A DNA stretch of 63,845 bases, filler included, from Collodictyon triciliatum (lineage: Eukaryota), in NCBI GenBank assembly GCA_043381765.1. It is 7 parts of 7 records of this genome, joined end to end, with 100 filler letters (N's around TTAATTAATTAA, not from the genome) between each part and the next. Parts side by side here need not be neighbours in the genome. Positions count along the whole stretch, not along the records: positions 1 to 13,406 come from JBHJMP010001992.1; positions 13,507 to 26,940 come from JBHJMP010001993.1; 5 more parts are not named here. One strand, written 5' to 3'. Each line of letters begins with the position of its first letter. Position 1 is the stretch's first letter. The translations under genes and the position numbers were made by a program. Under the pieces are notes generated by a model that was given only the letters and a program-made list of their open reading frames with translations, made no database searches and had not been told where the DNA came from. Below, piece after piece: positions 1 to 21,000 of the stretch.

Positions 1-229
1 AAAGTAAAATAAAGTAAAATAAAGTAAAATAAAGTAAAATAAAGTAAAATAAAGTAAAATAAAGTAAAATAAAGTAAAGTAAAATAAAGTAAAGTAAAAT
101 AAAGTAAAATAAAGTAAAATAAAGTAAAATAAAGTAAAATAAAGTAAAATAAAGTAAAATAAAGTAAAATAAAGTAAAATAAAGTAAATAAAGTAAATAA
201 AGTAAATAAAGTAAAAAAAGTAAAAAAAA
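1..229 (+). repeat. (AAAGTAAAAT)n tandem repeat at contig start, degenerating at its 3' end
   Basis: Directly visible 10-nt unit; lies upstream of the first visible ankyrin exon, probably intronic. Confidence 0.95.
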
Positions 230-299
230 AGGAGCAATAATACAGTAAATGGAGACGTAAAAAACATGCCATAAAATTCCATATACATATATTCTCCAG

Positions 300-1521
300 C
301 CAATGGTCTTTGCAAACATCAATCTGGAGGCAAGAGATAGCGACTATATGACCCCTTTTCTTTTGGCCTGTCAAACTGGGTAAGTTTTATATTTTCATTT
401 GGTTGAGGTTTCCTGATATACCAATTATTAAAATCATTATCATTTATCAATTAAATATTATATTAATACGATTTTTCTTAATTCCGATGAAAAATTATTC
501 TCCTTCCATTTCTCATATAATCGAACATAATTTTCTACATGATTTTTTGGTATATAATTCTTCATTTGTATTCCATAAACACTCAATTAGACATTTTTTT
601 CTTTATTCGATTCAACTCAATTAAGCGTACTTAATATTCAAGAAGTGGTTATCATCTATGTATATTTCACATCTCATAATTTTTTTTATCTTCTCTTTAT
701 CATTAAATTCTTTTGGAGATTTTTTAAAAGTAAGAATCAGCTGGTGTGTTCTTTTCAAAGCATAATATCATTTCATATCCATCATGATGTATTTTTTCTT
801 TGATTGCTCATGAATCGTTTATCCAAAATAGAAAGAAAAGTTACTAAAACAATTATTTCTTTTCTCTAGAAATGAGCCAGTCATAAACGAGCTTTTGAAA
901 CATAATATCAACATGTTTGCTACAGATTCATCTTCTACAAATGCACTTCACTATATTGCAATGAGCGGTTCATTACCAACTGCACAAACATTAGTAAATC
1001 ATTACAAAATAAATATCAATTCAAAAAACAACGACTCTATCAGCCCTTTACATCTTGCTGCGCGCTACGGTGAGTAAAAACTAAATAAAACAAAGATGGA
1101 AAATAAAAATCAAATATCTTACTAATACCAAGTTGCTTTTTTTTTTTATTGATGCCATTCTATTTTTTGATTTATCCGATGGCATATCGGTAATATCACC
1201 ACGTCCATGACCATCACCATCTATTTTTAAGCAAATTATAAAGCAACAAAAAATTCTTTTCCAGGCAGAATACATATGATTCGCTTTCTGTGCGCGGAGG
1301 GTGCAGACTTGAATTTGCAGACAAGCAAGGGAAACACTCCTCTTCATGTTGCAGTCATTTTCGGTCAATCTGAATCTGTTGAAGCACTCCTTGCAGAAGG
1401 TGCTGACCATGCAATCATAAACATCAATGGACAAACTCCCAAGGATTTAGTCGATCCTAGTAACCACTTAATTATTTCAGCCTTGGTTTGTGAAACATCT
1501 ACACGAATTATAAAAGCATAG
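300..1521 (+). CDS. Ankyrin-repeat coding region (5' partial); exons 300-379, 870-1069, 1265-1485 (or to stop 1521)
   Basis: GT-AG joined exons give consecutive ankyrin motifs: MTPFLLACQTG, TNALHYIAMSG, ISPLHLAARYG, GNTPLHVAVIFG, GQTPKDL. Probably continues into the Tubby exons via the donor at 1486. Confidence 0.9.
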
Positions 1522-1654
1522 AAAAATGAAAATTTTTTTAGTCTCTGATAATCAATATAACTGATCGAGATTGTTTACCAAGGGACGCCTTGATACATTA
1601 TAATCTTTATTTAGTTATCACTTGTACTTAGATGAGAAATTGACATCATATTAG

Positions 1655-3757
1655 GAGACATCGGTAAAAATACCTCACATCAATCCAAGTGCAAATACGG
1701 CATCAATTTTGAGAGCGGCAAATTCCAAGGAGTTAATATTCAAGTATATCATTCGAATTGATTGGCTACATTATAAACTCTTATCCATCTTGTCTTTACA
1801 CTAACCCAGCAATGCATCAGAATTTGCGCACGATTTTCATATCGCAAATAATTTATTATAATCATCGCTGGGCATTGATAGCTTAAGCAATAGTTTATTT
1901 TGATTTTGCATACATAATTAGCCCATGTCCAGAGGGAATCATGATGCACGCATTTGTCGAGGTTTCTAAAGTGAGCTTTATTTTTTTTTTTGAGTCAAAT
2001 CGGTATTTTTTTTTTGGTTTCAATACAACCCATATTTTTATTTTACAGCTACATATTTACATAAAATATAGAAATATCGAAAGGACCATTATACTATGTT
2101 CTTCAAGAAACGCAACGGAGGAGTAAAGTCGATTTTGTTTGCAGTAATAAATTAAAATAACAATTTGTGCCTACTTCAATTGTTTTTATTGTGTGATTTT
2201 TTTTTTTTTGCAAGCCACCTTTTGATGGAATAACTAATGATATGTGCGATTTTATCTAAACAATATCTGTCCAACATGAGGTGCCTTACTTTGACTATTC
2301 GGCATATGGGATTTACTTCAAGCTCGGCGTCGACGAAAGAGAAGATATACACATCGGAGATATATCGTAATGTGTCTTTTAACGTATTTTTTTTTTCCAA
2401 AGATAGACTTGAGAAATTTTTTTTTTCGAGACATCAAATTATTGAATACATTCGTATAAATAAATCCTGGCAGAATGAACAGAGAAAAAACACATTTTCT
2501 GGGCTATACAACAGCAGATGCAGAGAACATAGGACTTCCATCCTACCCAACAGAGCAAATATTCGCACAATTCGTATTAACTCAAAATATATGAAAAATT
2601 CCAATAATTCAACCGAACATATATATTTTTTTTTAATACTGAATCCTCTAAAAAATGGCAGCAATTCAAGTTTGAAAAATCATTGCATTTCTTGAATTAT
2701 CCCAGACAAATTTATATCCGAGAGAGTTGGTTGTTGTGCTCCCAAAAAGCAATGTTGTTTCGGCTCCAAAGACAGATTTGAATTACGTCCAAACAAATCA
2801 CTCTAAGTAGGTCATGCAACTCATTTTGGTGGCAACCAAAGAATGATTTTTGGGACATTAATGTTATGGATATTTCATCATAATATATATATATATATAT
2901 ATTTAAAAAAAAATAAACGAAAACTGGCCTACATAAGCTTGTCAAAATTTTGGGCAGAGGAACACAGGGAGTCTATAATTTTTTTGAGGAGTAAACATCC
3001 AGAATTCGACCATGGTATATTGCTTGACATAAAGACCATCATTATAACTAAGACTATGAAGCAAATAGTGTTTCTGAACTTTGTAAATAAATCAGTGAAA
3101 AATTAATAAAACTCTTTCACACAGTTCTGTACTTTGTTCTTTAAACTCTATATATACTCTCACAAGGACGAGGTGGTTACGTGTTGGACTTTTATGGCCT
3201 TATCGAAAAAAGTTCACGGAAAAACATTGTTTTATTTAATGGACAACTGTCGAATAGCCCTCCACAAATTCCAAACAACACCAATTCAAAGCTTAATGAA
3301 AAACCTGCCGTGTCTCTATGGAACAGACTCTTTGGATACGTTTCACCAACTCAAAGTGGCAAGCTCGATGGTTAAATTCCTTTTCTCTTAAATATACAGC
3401 AAATGATTTCTTTTCATTCACCACAATTTAGTTGCACAGCCAAAATTATTTCATTTCTGCATCATTCATAATCTAATTTCCCCCGCTTTTCTTTTATACG
3501 GTCGCAGTTTCCATTGACGATTCAAAAGTATATCCATGCCTTGTCTGTGGAAGAAGCGAAGACCAGACCGTGCTGGAACTACATTACGCAGCACCTTTCA
3601 ATGCATTCCAAGTGAGTTTTTCTGGTCTAGATGGCGCATGACGTCAAGGGTGATGTGTATAATCTCATGGACGTCCTTTTTTTCTTTTTTTATTGGTTTT
3701 TTTTTGCAACTGCAGGCGTTTGTTATCGCCATTTCACAGAATTCTGCCAAAGGATAG
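1655..3757 (+). CDS. Divergent Tubby C-terminal domain; exons approx. 1655-1731, 1922-1970, 2072-2122, 2281-2366, 2474-2573, 2706-2806, 2968-3014, 3167-3370, 3508-3611, 3716-3757
   Basis: Phase-consistent exons give DPCPEGIMMHAFV, IGDISMNREKTHFLGY, YPRELVVVLP, LRSKHPEFDHGRGGYVLDFYGLIEKSSRKNIVL and YAAPFNAFQAFVIAISQ*. These follow the Tubby blocks PAPQG, IGKLRSN, GPRKMSVIVP, NKxPxW...YVLNFxGRVTxASVKNFQ and YPLxALQAFAIALS in order. The start of the 2281 exon is the least certain boundary. Confidence 0.8.
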
Positions 3758-4827
3758 GCAGATATACAAGCATTACTTGAAAAACCAAATTGGTTCGCCA
3801 TCTTCTAATGTACATATCATGATATATATATGTAAACAATCAATATTCTGGAGTACATTTCTTTCATAAAGTGTATGACTTGTTTTTCTTGTTGATTTAT
3901 CTCATAATTCCAATTGGTTCAGTATTGGTAATAAATGAAATCGGCCCAAAATGCATATCTAGAAAATCATCGTGCTGGATGAGGGATAAATGAAACGAGA
4001 GAAAGTAAAATCGAGGCTTAGTCTATCAATTAGCCACCCATGCCTTGCGTCCTTTGCGTATAGATTACAAAATAAATATACTTAACCCACAATCGTGCAC
4101 CTTCCACTTCGAAAACCACAAAGCTGTTCTTCCCTTTTTTTTTTTTAATTTTTTTTTTTTTTGTTGATATTTTGATTCAATGGAAGGAAAGAATTATAAA
4201 CGAGTTCTTATCAGTGAGTAAAGTAAAATTGAGTCTTAACCCTCAAACCTGCGCCAAATGATGCTAAAAAATAAGATGATGAAATGCAATGCACTCGACA
4301 GAGAACGAAAACTCACCCAGATGCTAGATATGTTTGATGGACAAGCGGACATAATTCACTACTTTTTTTTTGACATACCATCGTGATTTACAATTAGTGT
4401 ATTTTTTTCCTTTTCCCTTTCTCGATAGAACAATCACCTCAATAGACGAGTATAAGCGCAGTATGAGGCATTGGTGGAGATGAATAATTCGATAGTTGGA
4501 ACTTGCATGGAAACCTGATATTTTATTTCGTTCTCTATCAACGCAAAAGCCAGCCACGAGCTTCAACGTTTTTTTCAAACATGCACTTAAGTAATCGCAA
4601 CGGGAGTCTTCTCGGGAGCATTTTATTGAAAATATAAGAGTCGATTTGCTATATTTCTTTGGCCCCGTCCCATATATACAGAAATATTGAAGAAAAAAAA
4701 AGAGAAAAGAGAACTAATATACGACAAGTTCCTTCAGATGTGCTGTGCAATAATGACATTGCATTCCTCTTTTTTTTTCATCATTATTGACAGGGTATGC
4801 TCCAAGGGTGTAAATCGGGACATACAT

Positions 4828-13406
<8,579 letters not shown>

Positions 13407-13506
13407 NNNNNNNNNNNNNNNNNNNNNNNNNNNNNNNNNNNNNNNNNNNNTTAATTAATTAANNNNNNNNNNNNNNNNNNNNNNNNNNNNNNNNNNNNNN
13501 NNNNNN
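13407..13506. other. Artificial contig linker N44-TTAATTAATTAA-N44
   Basis: 100-nt spacer whose 12-mer has stops in all six frames; six identical copies in the window. Confidence 0.97.
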
Positions 13507-13537
13507 TTTTTTTTTTTTTTTTTTTTTTTTTTTTGTT

Positions 13538-13592
<55 letters not shown>

Positions 13593-14082
13593 GGATTGTG
13601 GAATGGAACATTTCAACAAATGACGCGCAGACTTGTTTATTAATCCAAGTGTAAAAGTTTTTTTTTTTGTTTTTTTTTGTTTTCTTGTTTCTCCTTTTTT
13701 TGATTAGATGTAATCATTATCAAAAGAAGGGGCTGTATTTTACTTTCTACATGTCTCATTCAAGCGAAGATAAAGGACCAGACAAGGAAGTAAATATGGT
13801 GGTATAAATGAAACGAAAATAAGAGTAAGGAAGAACAAACTGACGAATCATACACAAGTGTATATTCCTGAATGAATGAAAAGAATAAAAACAGCAGACA
13901 TGAAGTGACATGTATCATTTTCTTCAAAAAATATTATTATTATTATAATTTTTTTTTTTTTTAAAAAAAAAGGGGGTGATAATTTTACGACAGAACCAAA
14001 CCTCGGCACAAAAATAATGACAATGATAAAAAAGAAAGATAGTAAACAAATGAAAACAAAATTATACACGGACAGGAAAGCC

Positions 14083-16906
14083 TCAAGAAACCATGGACGA
14101 CAATTGCGAGTCTGAAATCTTGCGAGGAAAGGCAGAGCCCGGTTCGGTTGGGAGAGCATAAATCATGGGCGGGGTTGACTGTTGGGCGCAGATGGGCTGC
14201 AGAGTAGTCGAGGAGGGCACCGGGACGGAGCCGATTGAGCTGTAAAGCAGGGGCGGAGGCTGCAGCGGAGTCAAGTGCGACTGGGCCGCAGGGGCGAGGC
14301 GGACAGGAGTTTGGGGGCACGCAGAATACTGCGGCAAGAGCGAGGAGGGAGCGAGGCTTTGTTGAGGAGAGGAGGATGCGTGCGTGGGGTTATTTGCCGG
14401 GCGAGTGGGCGTTGTTCGCAAGTCTGCATTGACCGACCTGCGCTCCAAGACTGCATCGTGGTATGTCTGTGCATAAGGATTGAGTTGCGGGCGTGGTGGA
14501 GTTTCATCCAGGCGATACGCAAGGGCAAAACGCATGTCCGTCTGCACGGAGGGCGGCCGCTGTTGATGGGATGAGACGGGCGGGAAATGAAGCGCGTTTG
14601 CACCTTCCGGCTGGACAGCGCCCAGCTTGTTGAACGAGCTTGTCAAGTCGCGGATGCCGCGGATGGAGGATGCTGACCGGAAGCCAAGGTCGCGCTCTGT
14701 GGCGCGTTCGGGTGTTTTCTCGATGGCTCGATGCTCTTGGGCTCTCTTGCGGGAAAGCAGGGTGCGGTACATGTTTGTGACTCCGTTGCGGGTGCGCGAC
14801 TTTGCATATTCTGCAATGAGTTTGGCTCCGAAGCCGATTTCATCCATTTGCTGGAGAACCTGCTCGTCTAGAGGAAAGTTGATAGGTGTGTGGAGCTCCG
14901 CGTTGTCATGTGGAGAGGGAAACATCCCCATCCACGGGTGGCGCCGAACATCGGCGAGGGTGTATCTCTTTGTCGGATCAGTTATCAGGATGTTGCGGAT
15001 AAGGTCCTTTGCAGCTGGGTGAGTTTGGTAGATTGAGTAGTTGGTTTCTGAAAGGGACTGACAAGATCTCCAGGGATACAGATGGATGGATGGGTGAGTA
15101 GCTATGCATTAATCTTTTGATGTGATTGGAGAGAGGTACAAATGTGTCTTTTTCAAGCGCACTTGTAAAAAAAAAAACTCTAAAGAAATAACCAGAATTA
15201 TGTAAGATAGATATATAAAAGGAAATTGGAATAGAAAGAGAGGAAAAAGAAAAAAAGAAAAAAAAGAAAAAAAAGAAAAAAAAGAAAAAAAAAGAAAAAG
15301 AAGAAAAAAAGATAAAAAAGATAAAAAAGATAAAATAGATAAAAAAAGATAAAAAAAGATAAAAAAAGATAAAAAAAGATAAAAAAAGATAAAAAAGATA
15401 AAAAAAGATAAAAAGGATAAAAAAGGATAAAAAGGATAAAAAAGGATAAAAAAGGATAAAAAAGGATAAAAAAGGATAAAAAGGATAAAAAGGATAAAAA
15501 AGGATAAAAAAGATAAAAAAGACAAAAAGACAAAAAGAAAGAAGAGAGAGGAAAAAAAAATATCATTCGTATATACTTACGTTCGCTAAGATATCGGGGC
15601 AAGTGATATTTTCCCTCCACAATTTTTTCCAGTAATTTTGTAATATTCTCATCAGTGAAAGGAACATCCCCTGTGAGAATAGAGTAAAGTATCACACCGA
15701 GAGACCATACATCGACCGACGGCCCATATCCTTTCCCAGAAACCATTTCAGGGGCAACATAGTAAGGGGACCCACACCTAAAGGGTATTCATTCGTGGCA
15801 TATGATATAATAGAAGTGTTATACTTTCTCCTTGTCAAAACATAACTCTGCCAACGAATAGACGAATTATCTCACACCTTGACCGTAAGCTATTATCACG
15901 TCGCAAAGTATTCGATAGACCAAAATCTATCAGCTTAATCCTCTTTTGATGATCAAGTAGTATGTTTTCGGGCTTCAAGTCCCTAGCGGTAAAAAACAAA
16001 ACAAAAAAACAACCTAAATTAGTGCTTCAGCAATAAGATTGAGTAAAATTAATGTATCATATATATTAGAATTACGATATTTGAACTTCATAAAAATAAT
16101 AGTAAGTAGTGTTTCGTGTAGCATGGTAAACCTGTGTATGATATTGAGGCCATGAATATAGTCAATGGCATCGACCAGCTCTTTAAAAATTTTTTTGGCT
16201 CGGTTTTCTTTAAGCCTTTGGTGGGCAATAATGTAATCAAAAAGTTCACCACCATCAACAAACTCAAGTACGACATATATCCTATCTCCATTATCAATGA
16301 CCTGTTATCGAAACGCAAATGCACAACATTAAGTTTGGCTGATTTTCTTCGAGTATCCCATAAATAATTATATTCTAAATAAATAGCATATATGGTGCAT
16401 ATTCTTTGCGAGCATGCTGTAATCTTACATCAATAAATTGTATGATGTGCGGATGTCTGATAATCTTTAGTATGCCAATTTCGCGCAAAGTTCTTTCCAT
16501 TGTTTTTGAATCATCTTCATGCACAGTTCAATAATCATATATTAATTTTCGTCTTTTAAATATATACTTAAAGAAATTTCAAACTTACTAATCTTTACTT
16601 TGTCGATGATTTTTATCGCAACCTGTAGAAAGAGATCGAAAAAAAAAAGAAAGGTGAATGCTCTATAGGGTATATCAAATAGATGCGATACAGCGGGTGC
16701 GATGTTATTCATCTTTGTAAGACTGCTCAAAATCACGTAAATGTATAATATATGTAAAAGGGTAAAACTTAAGTATTCATAAAAGAAACCTTTTCCCCGG
16801 TTTTCTCGTCGAAGGCCACTTTCACTTTCCCAAAACTTCCCTCACCGATAGTCTTTCCCAGCACATACGGACCGATGTAATTGAGTTTCTGGCGACGATC
16901 ATCCAT
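14083..16906 (-). CDS. AMPK-related (SNF1/MARK/KIN1-like) Ser/Thr kinase with UBA-like domain and low-complexity tail
   Basis: Spliced exons give [62 protein letters not shown] and [10 protein letters not shown], then UBA-like [13 protein letters not shown]...MYRTLL. Confidence 0.93.
15236..15560 (+). repeat. Graded A-rich simple repeat (A6-8G, then A6-7GAT, then A4-6GGAT) in a kinase intron
   Basis: Directly visible. Confidence 0.9.
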
Positions 16907-16969
16907 GTGAGATATAAACCCTGGTGTTGTCCAGGTAGTTGCAAACCGAAATCAGATTACTGAAAGGAA

Positions 16970-16976
16970 TAATACA

Positions 16977-17075
<99 letters not shown>

Positions 17076-17190
17076 ATGAATGAATACATAAATGGATGAA
17101 TAAATGAACGAATAAATAAATAAATAAATAAATAAATGAATAAATAATGAATAAATGAATGAATAAATGAATGAATAAATAAATAATAAA
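16970..17190 (+). repeat. (TAAA)n/(TGAA)n microsatellite
   Basis: Directly visible. Confidence 0.9.
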
Positions 17191-17747
17191 ATTAAACGAA
17201 GGCAGTAACCGCATATCTTTGAGAGGAAATGATCGAGTCAGCGCTTAGTGATACGTTTCAAGCATATGCTCTAAAAAAAAACAACCTCCAACAACCGTTG
17301 ACACATAACTTGTCATATGAGTGTTAAGATCATGAAAGAATCGGGGTTGAGTGGCGGCTTACTTTTATATAACACGATCACCTACTTGGAGAATGCACTC
17401 GTACCCCAGTTTGACAGAGTATGCTTTATTCTTGGGCACGCTTTGGTGTCGGTAGATTAATCGAAGTACGGGACGGGTCTGCAAAGCCTTATTGACGAAG
17501 ATGCGGTTCGTTGGTGCGCTTCGTGAGGCGATGAGTTGACCCGAACGATGTCAGTGACCATAAAAACGTCAAAGACAACTCATCATTGAGCAATTGATTG
17601 ACAGATTGATTGATATATTAAAAACAAAAAACGAAAAATACGAAAAAGAACTAATATCAACAAATAATATCTGCGTTATTGTCCACTGTTCGCTGATTTC
17701 CGTGAAGACAATGCAATCGCTCCATACCCAACTCCAAGAACTCTCCT

Positions 17748-17921
17748 CTACATACATACATACATACATACATACATACATACATACATACATACATACA
17801 TACATACATACATACATACATACATACANNNNNNNNNNACATACATACATACATACATACATACATACATACATACATACATACATACCTACATACATAC
17901 ATACATCAAACATACATACAT
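17748..17921 (+). repeat. (TACA)n microsatellite with a small internal N gap
   Basis: Directly visible. Confidence 0.95.
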
Positions 17922-18097
17922 ACGAAGTTAATGACGATAGACATATTAAATCGTGGATTCATAAGAAAAGCTTATCAAAGAAAAACTCCAAAAGACATCC
18001 TCTTCTGTTGAGTTATTTTGTATTTCGTTGTTTTGGGTTCAAGAACGTATTGAATGTCGACTCGGGCGATTTTATTTTTAAAAAAACCTTTAATTTA

Positions 18098-21000
18098 TCA
18101 TAGTAAATTCTCATCAGTCGAAATTGAGAACATATCCCTTAATTCTTGTTCTTTTGGTTTTTCAACATCTCCACCGAAGCATTTCCTGATAAAATTACTT
18201 TTCATCAATACTCCATATACAGACGAGACGAATTCTGTAATTCTCCCAAGTATTATCCTCAACAGATAAGGTCCGGCGATAGACAAAAAGCGAATCCCTA
18301 CCATGCCATTCAGGAAAACTACAGAGTAAAGCAAAAAGGAGGACATTGCATAGCTCAAATTTGTATATCGAAACAATAAACTAAGCATTAAAGTAAAATA
18401 AAGAACTATTAATGATTGTAATTGAGATTCTTTCATTCTGTTGGACATAAATGGTTGGAAGTAAATAGTTGAGGCTATCATTACAAAAATAACCCATAAT
18501 CCAAAGTATATTTGCAGCGATGCCGAAAAAAACACACTTATCATAACTATGAGCAGTTTTTGAACCATAATAACGATTTCCCAATGCTGACGTTTATCAT
18601 TATACCCATCAACCAAAAATCTTAAGAGAGCGTATGTATTTGATGTTGGATTTTGAAGAGCAGTTTTTTTCCTTATAATTCTTATCATAAGTATTGACGG
18701 ACCCATAAAACTATATACTGCGATAAATAAAAACGAAGCATTTCTCCAGCTTTTATAAACAAAATCGTCACAATCAATTGACATGTCTGATTTAAGGTAG
18801 CTTTTTTGTCCTAAGGTTTGACAAGGGAATATAGTTGATATGTTTGCTGTTATTGTAGGATGGATAAAAAATAGCATAACTAGAAAGGAAAAAAGGAATT
18901 CTGTCCGAAATTTCCTGTAAGTCAATTCGCTACGTTTGAGGTCCCCTTTATATATTCTCCAAAAAAACTTTGTTACGACGATAAGGAATACTAAGAGGGC
19001 CATGGATACTGGGGTAATCATTGAAAAGAGAATTTTTTCATAAACAGATAAATTGAAGCGACATTCTATAGGATAACTGTCTATAGAAAGTGAGAATGAA
19101 AATAATGACGGTATTTTCATCAATGACATTAAGCTTGCTCCCCAATTGACATCAAAATTTGCTATATAAGATAAAATCTGAAAATGTGCTGAAAGTGTTT
19201 TAAGAGTTTGAATATTTCCGGTTTTTGGTTGCCTCGATTGTTCTATCATAAAAATCACAAAGTAAACAGGTATAATGATACTAACAACAATTAAAATGTA
19301 ATTAATACTGTCGACTTGGCACTTGATACAGTAAGAACTTGTTTTTCCGTAGCCTTTCTCGCAGGCACTGCACAAGACGCCAGTGTAACCATCAGCACAT
19401 GTATTATTGCCTCCTTTGCAAGAATCTTCATTAATGCACTTGTAAGCCTCATAAAAACCTTCTAAACTTGGAGCTCGCCAATATCCTGGTGCAACAGTAA
19501 GGCGGCTAGTTCCATCACATATGAATCCTTCGGGACAGATCTTGCATTGTTTGGTGATCACATCCAAATATGTTGTCTTTAAACATCTGCAGCTATCTAT
19601 TGATGTTGAACCAGTAGAATTTGTAACTGAATTAGGGGGACAGTCTTTGCATGAAGTCATACCATATTCTGAATTGAATGTGTTAGATGCACAGGAGAGG
19701 CATTCTCCAATTTTCTCATACTTTCCTGCTCCACATCCACAAGTACCATTATAATAATCATACTCAATCTTACAAACACAATCATCTGGGTCATTAGAGC
19801 CCTCTTTTTTTGTCGTAAATTTACTGGGGCAAGCTATACAAAAGCTTGTATCATTGATAGATTTATATGAACCAATCCTACATGGAATGCATTTATCCCC
19901 ATCCTCAAACTGTCCTGGAGGACATGTACAAAGCCCATTAAACAAAATATATGTACTAATGCATACACAATCTTCTATGCTTTTTGAGCCTATGTCTTCT
20001 GTAGTTTTTCTTGTAGGACATGAATTGTGAGTTATACTCCTCTCTAGACAATAGCTTCCGATAGGACATGTTTTGCACAAAAAATTATCAGATAAACCAG
20101 TTTCTTCATTAAATGTTCCAGCTGGACATGACATGCATGATGCTTGGCCATCATCATTATTCCAAGTGCCTTGTGGACAATCAATACATGATTTGTTTCC
20201 ATATGAGCCGGAGTTTGAGTTGAATGTGCCTTTTGGACAAGCATAGCATGATTGAATGTCTTTTAAATTTCCTTCTTTTTGATAAAATCCTGATGAGCAT
20301 AGACTGCATGATGAGCTTCTCTCTGAGCTGTAACTTCCATTTTGACATGAAATGCATGATGATTGGTTGGCTGAGCCAGTTTTATTGTTGAATGTACCAG
20401 CTGGACATGATGTGCATGACGCTTGACCATCCTTATCATTCCAAGTGCCTTGTGGACATTCGATACATGATGAGTTGCCATATGAGCCGGAGTTTGAGTT
20501 GGATGTGCCTTTTGGACATGTGAAGCATGATTTTGATTCTTTTGCAATACCTTGTTTTTGATAGTATCCTGATAAACATAAGCTGCATGATGAGCTTCTC
20601 TCTGAGCTGTAGCTACCGTTTGGACATGAAATACATGATGATTGATTGAATGAGCCAGTTTTGTTATTGAATGTACCAGCTGGACATGATGCGCATGATG
20701 CTTGACCGTCTCTATCATTCCAAGTGCCTTGTGGACATTCAATGCATGATTTGTTTCCATATGAGCCGGAGTTTGTGTTGAATGTGCCTTTTGGACAAGC
20801 ATAGCATGATTGTGAATCTTTTGTGATTCCTTCTTTTTGATAGAATCCTGATGAGCATAGACTGCATGATGCGCTCCCGGCTGAGCTGTAACTTCCATTT
20901 GGACATGAAATACATGATGATTGATTGTATGAACCAGTTTTGTTGTTGAATGTACCAGCTGGACATGATGTGCATGATGCTTGACCATCTCTATCATTCC

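Noticed and set aside
1-229. Telomeric repeat or CRISPR-like array
   Set aside because: No spacers and no G-rich telomere motif; every contig end has a different simple repeat.
3950-4760. Possible short-exon gene on the minus strand between the Tubby gene and POLA1
   Set aside because: Several AG/GT-flanked blocks exist, but no unique frame-consistent model or recognisable homology could be built.
13451-13462. TTAATTAATTAA as a biological element (e.g. TTAA transposon target or PacI-like site)
   Set aside because: Always centred between exactly 44 Ns on each side; an artificial spacer.
17330-17750. GC-richer island as a possible ncRNA or small gene
   Set aside because: No recognisable snRNA, snoRNA or tRNA motifs and no convincing frame; likely kinase promoter or 5' UTR.
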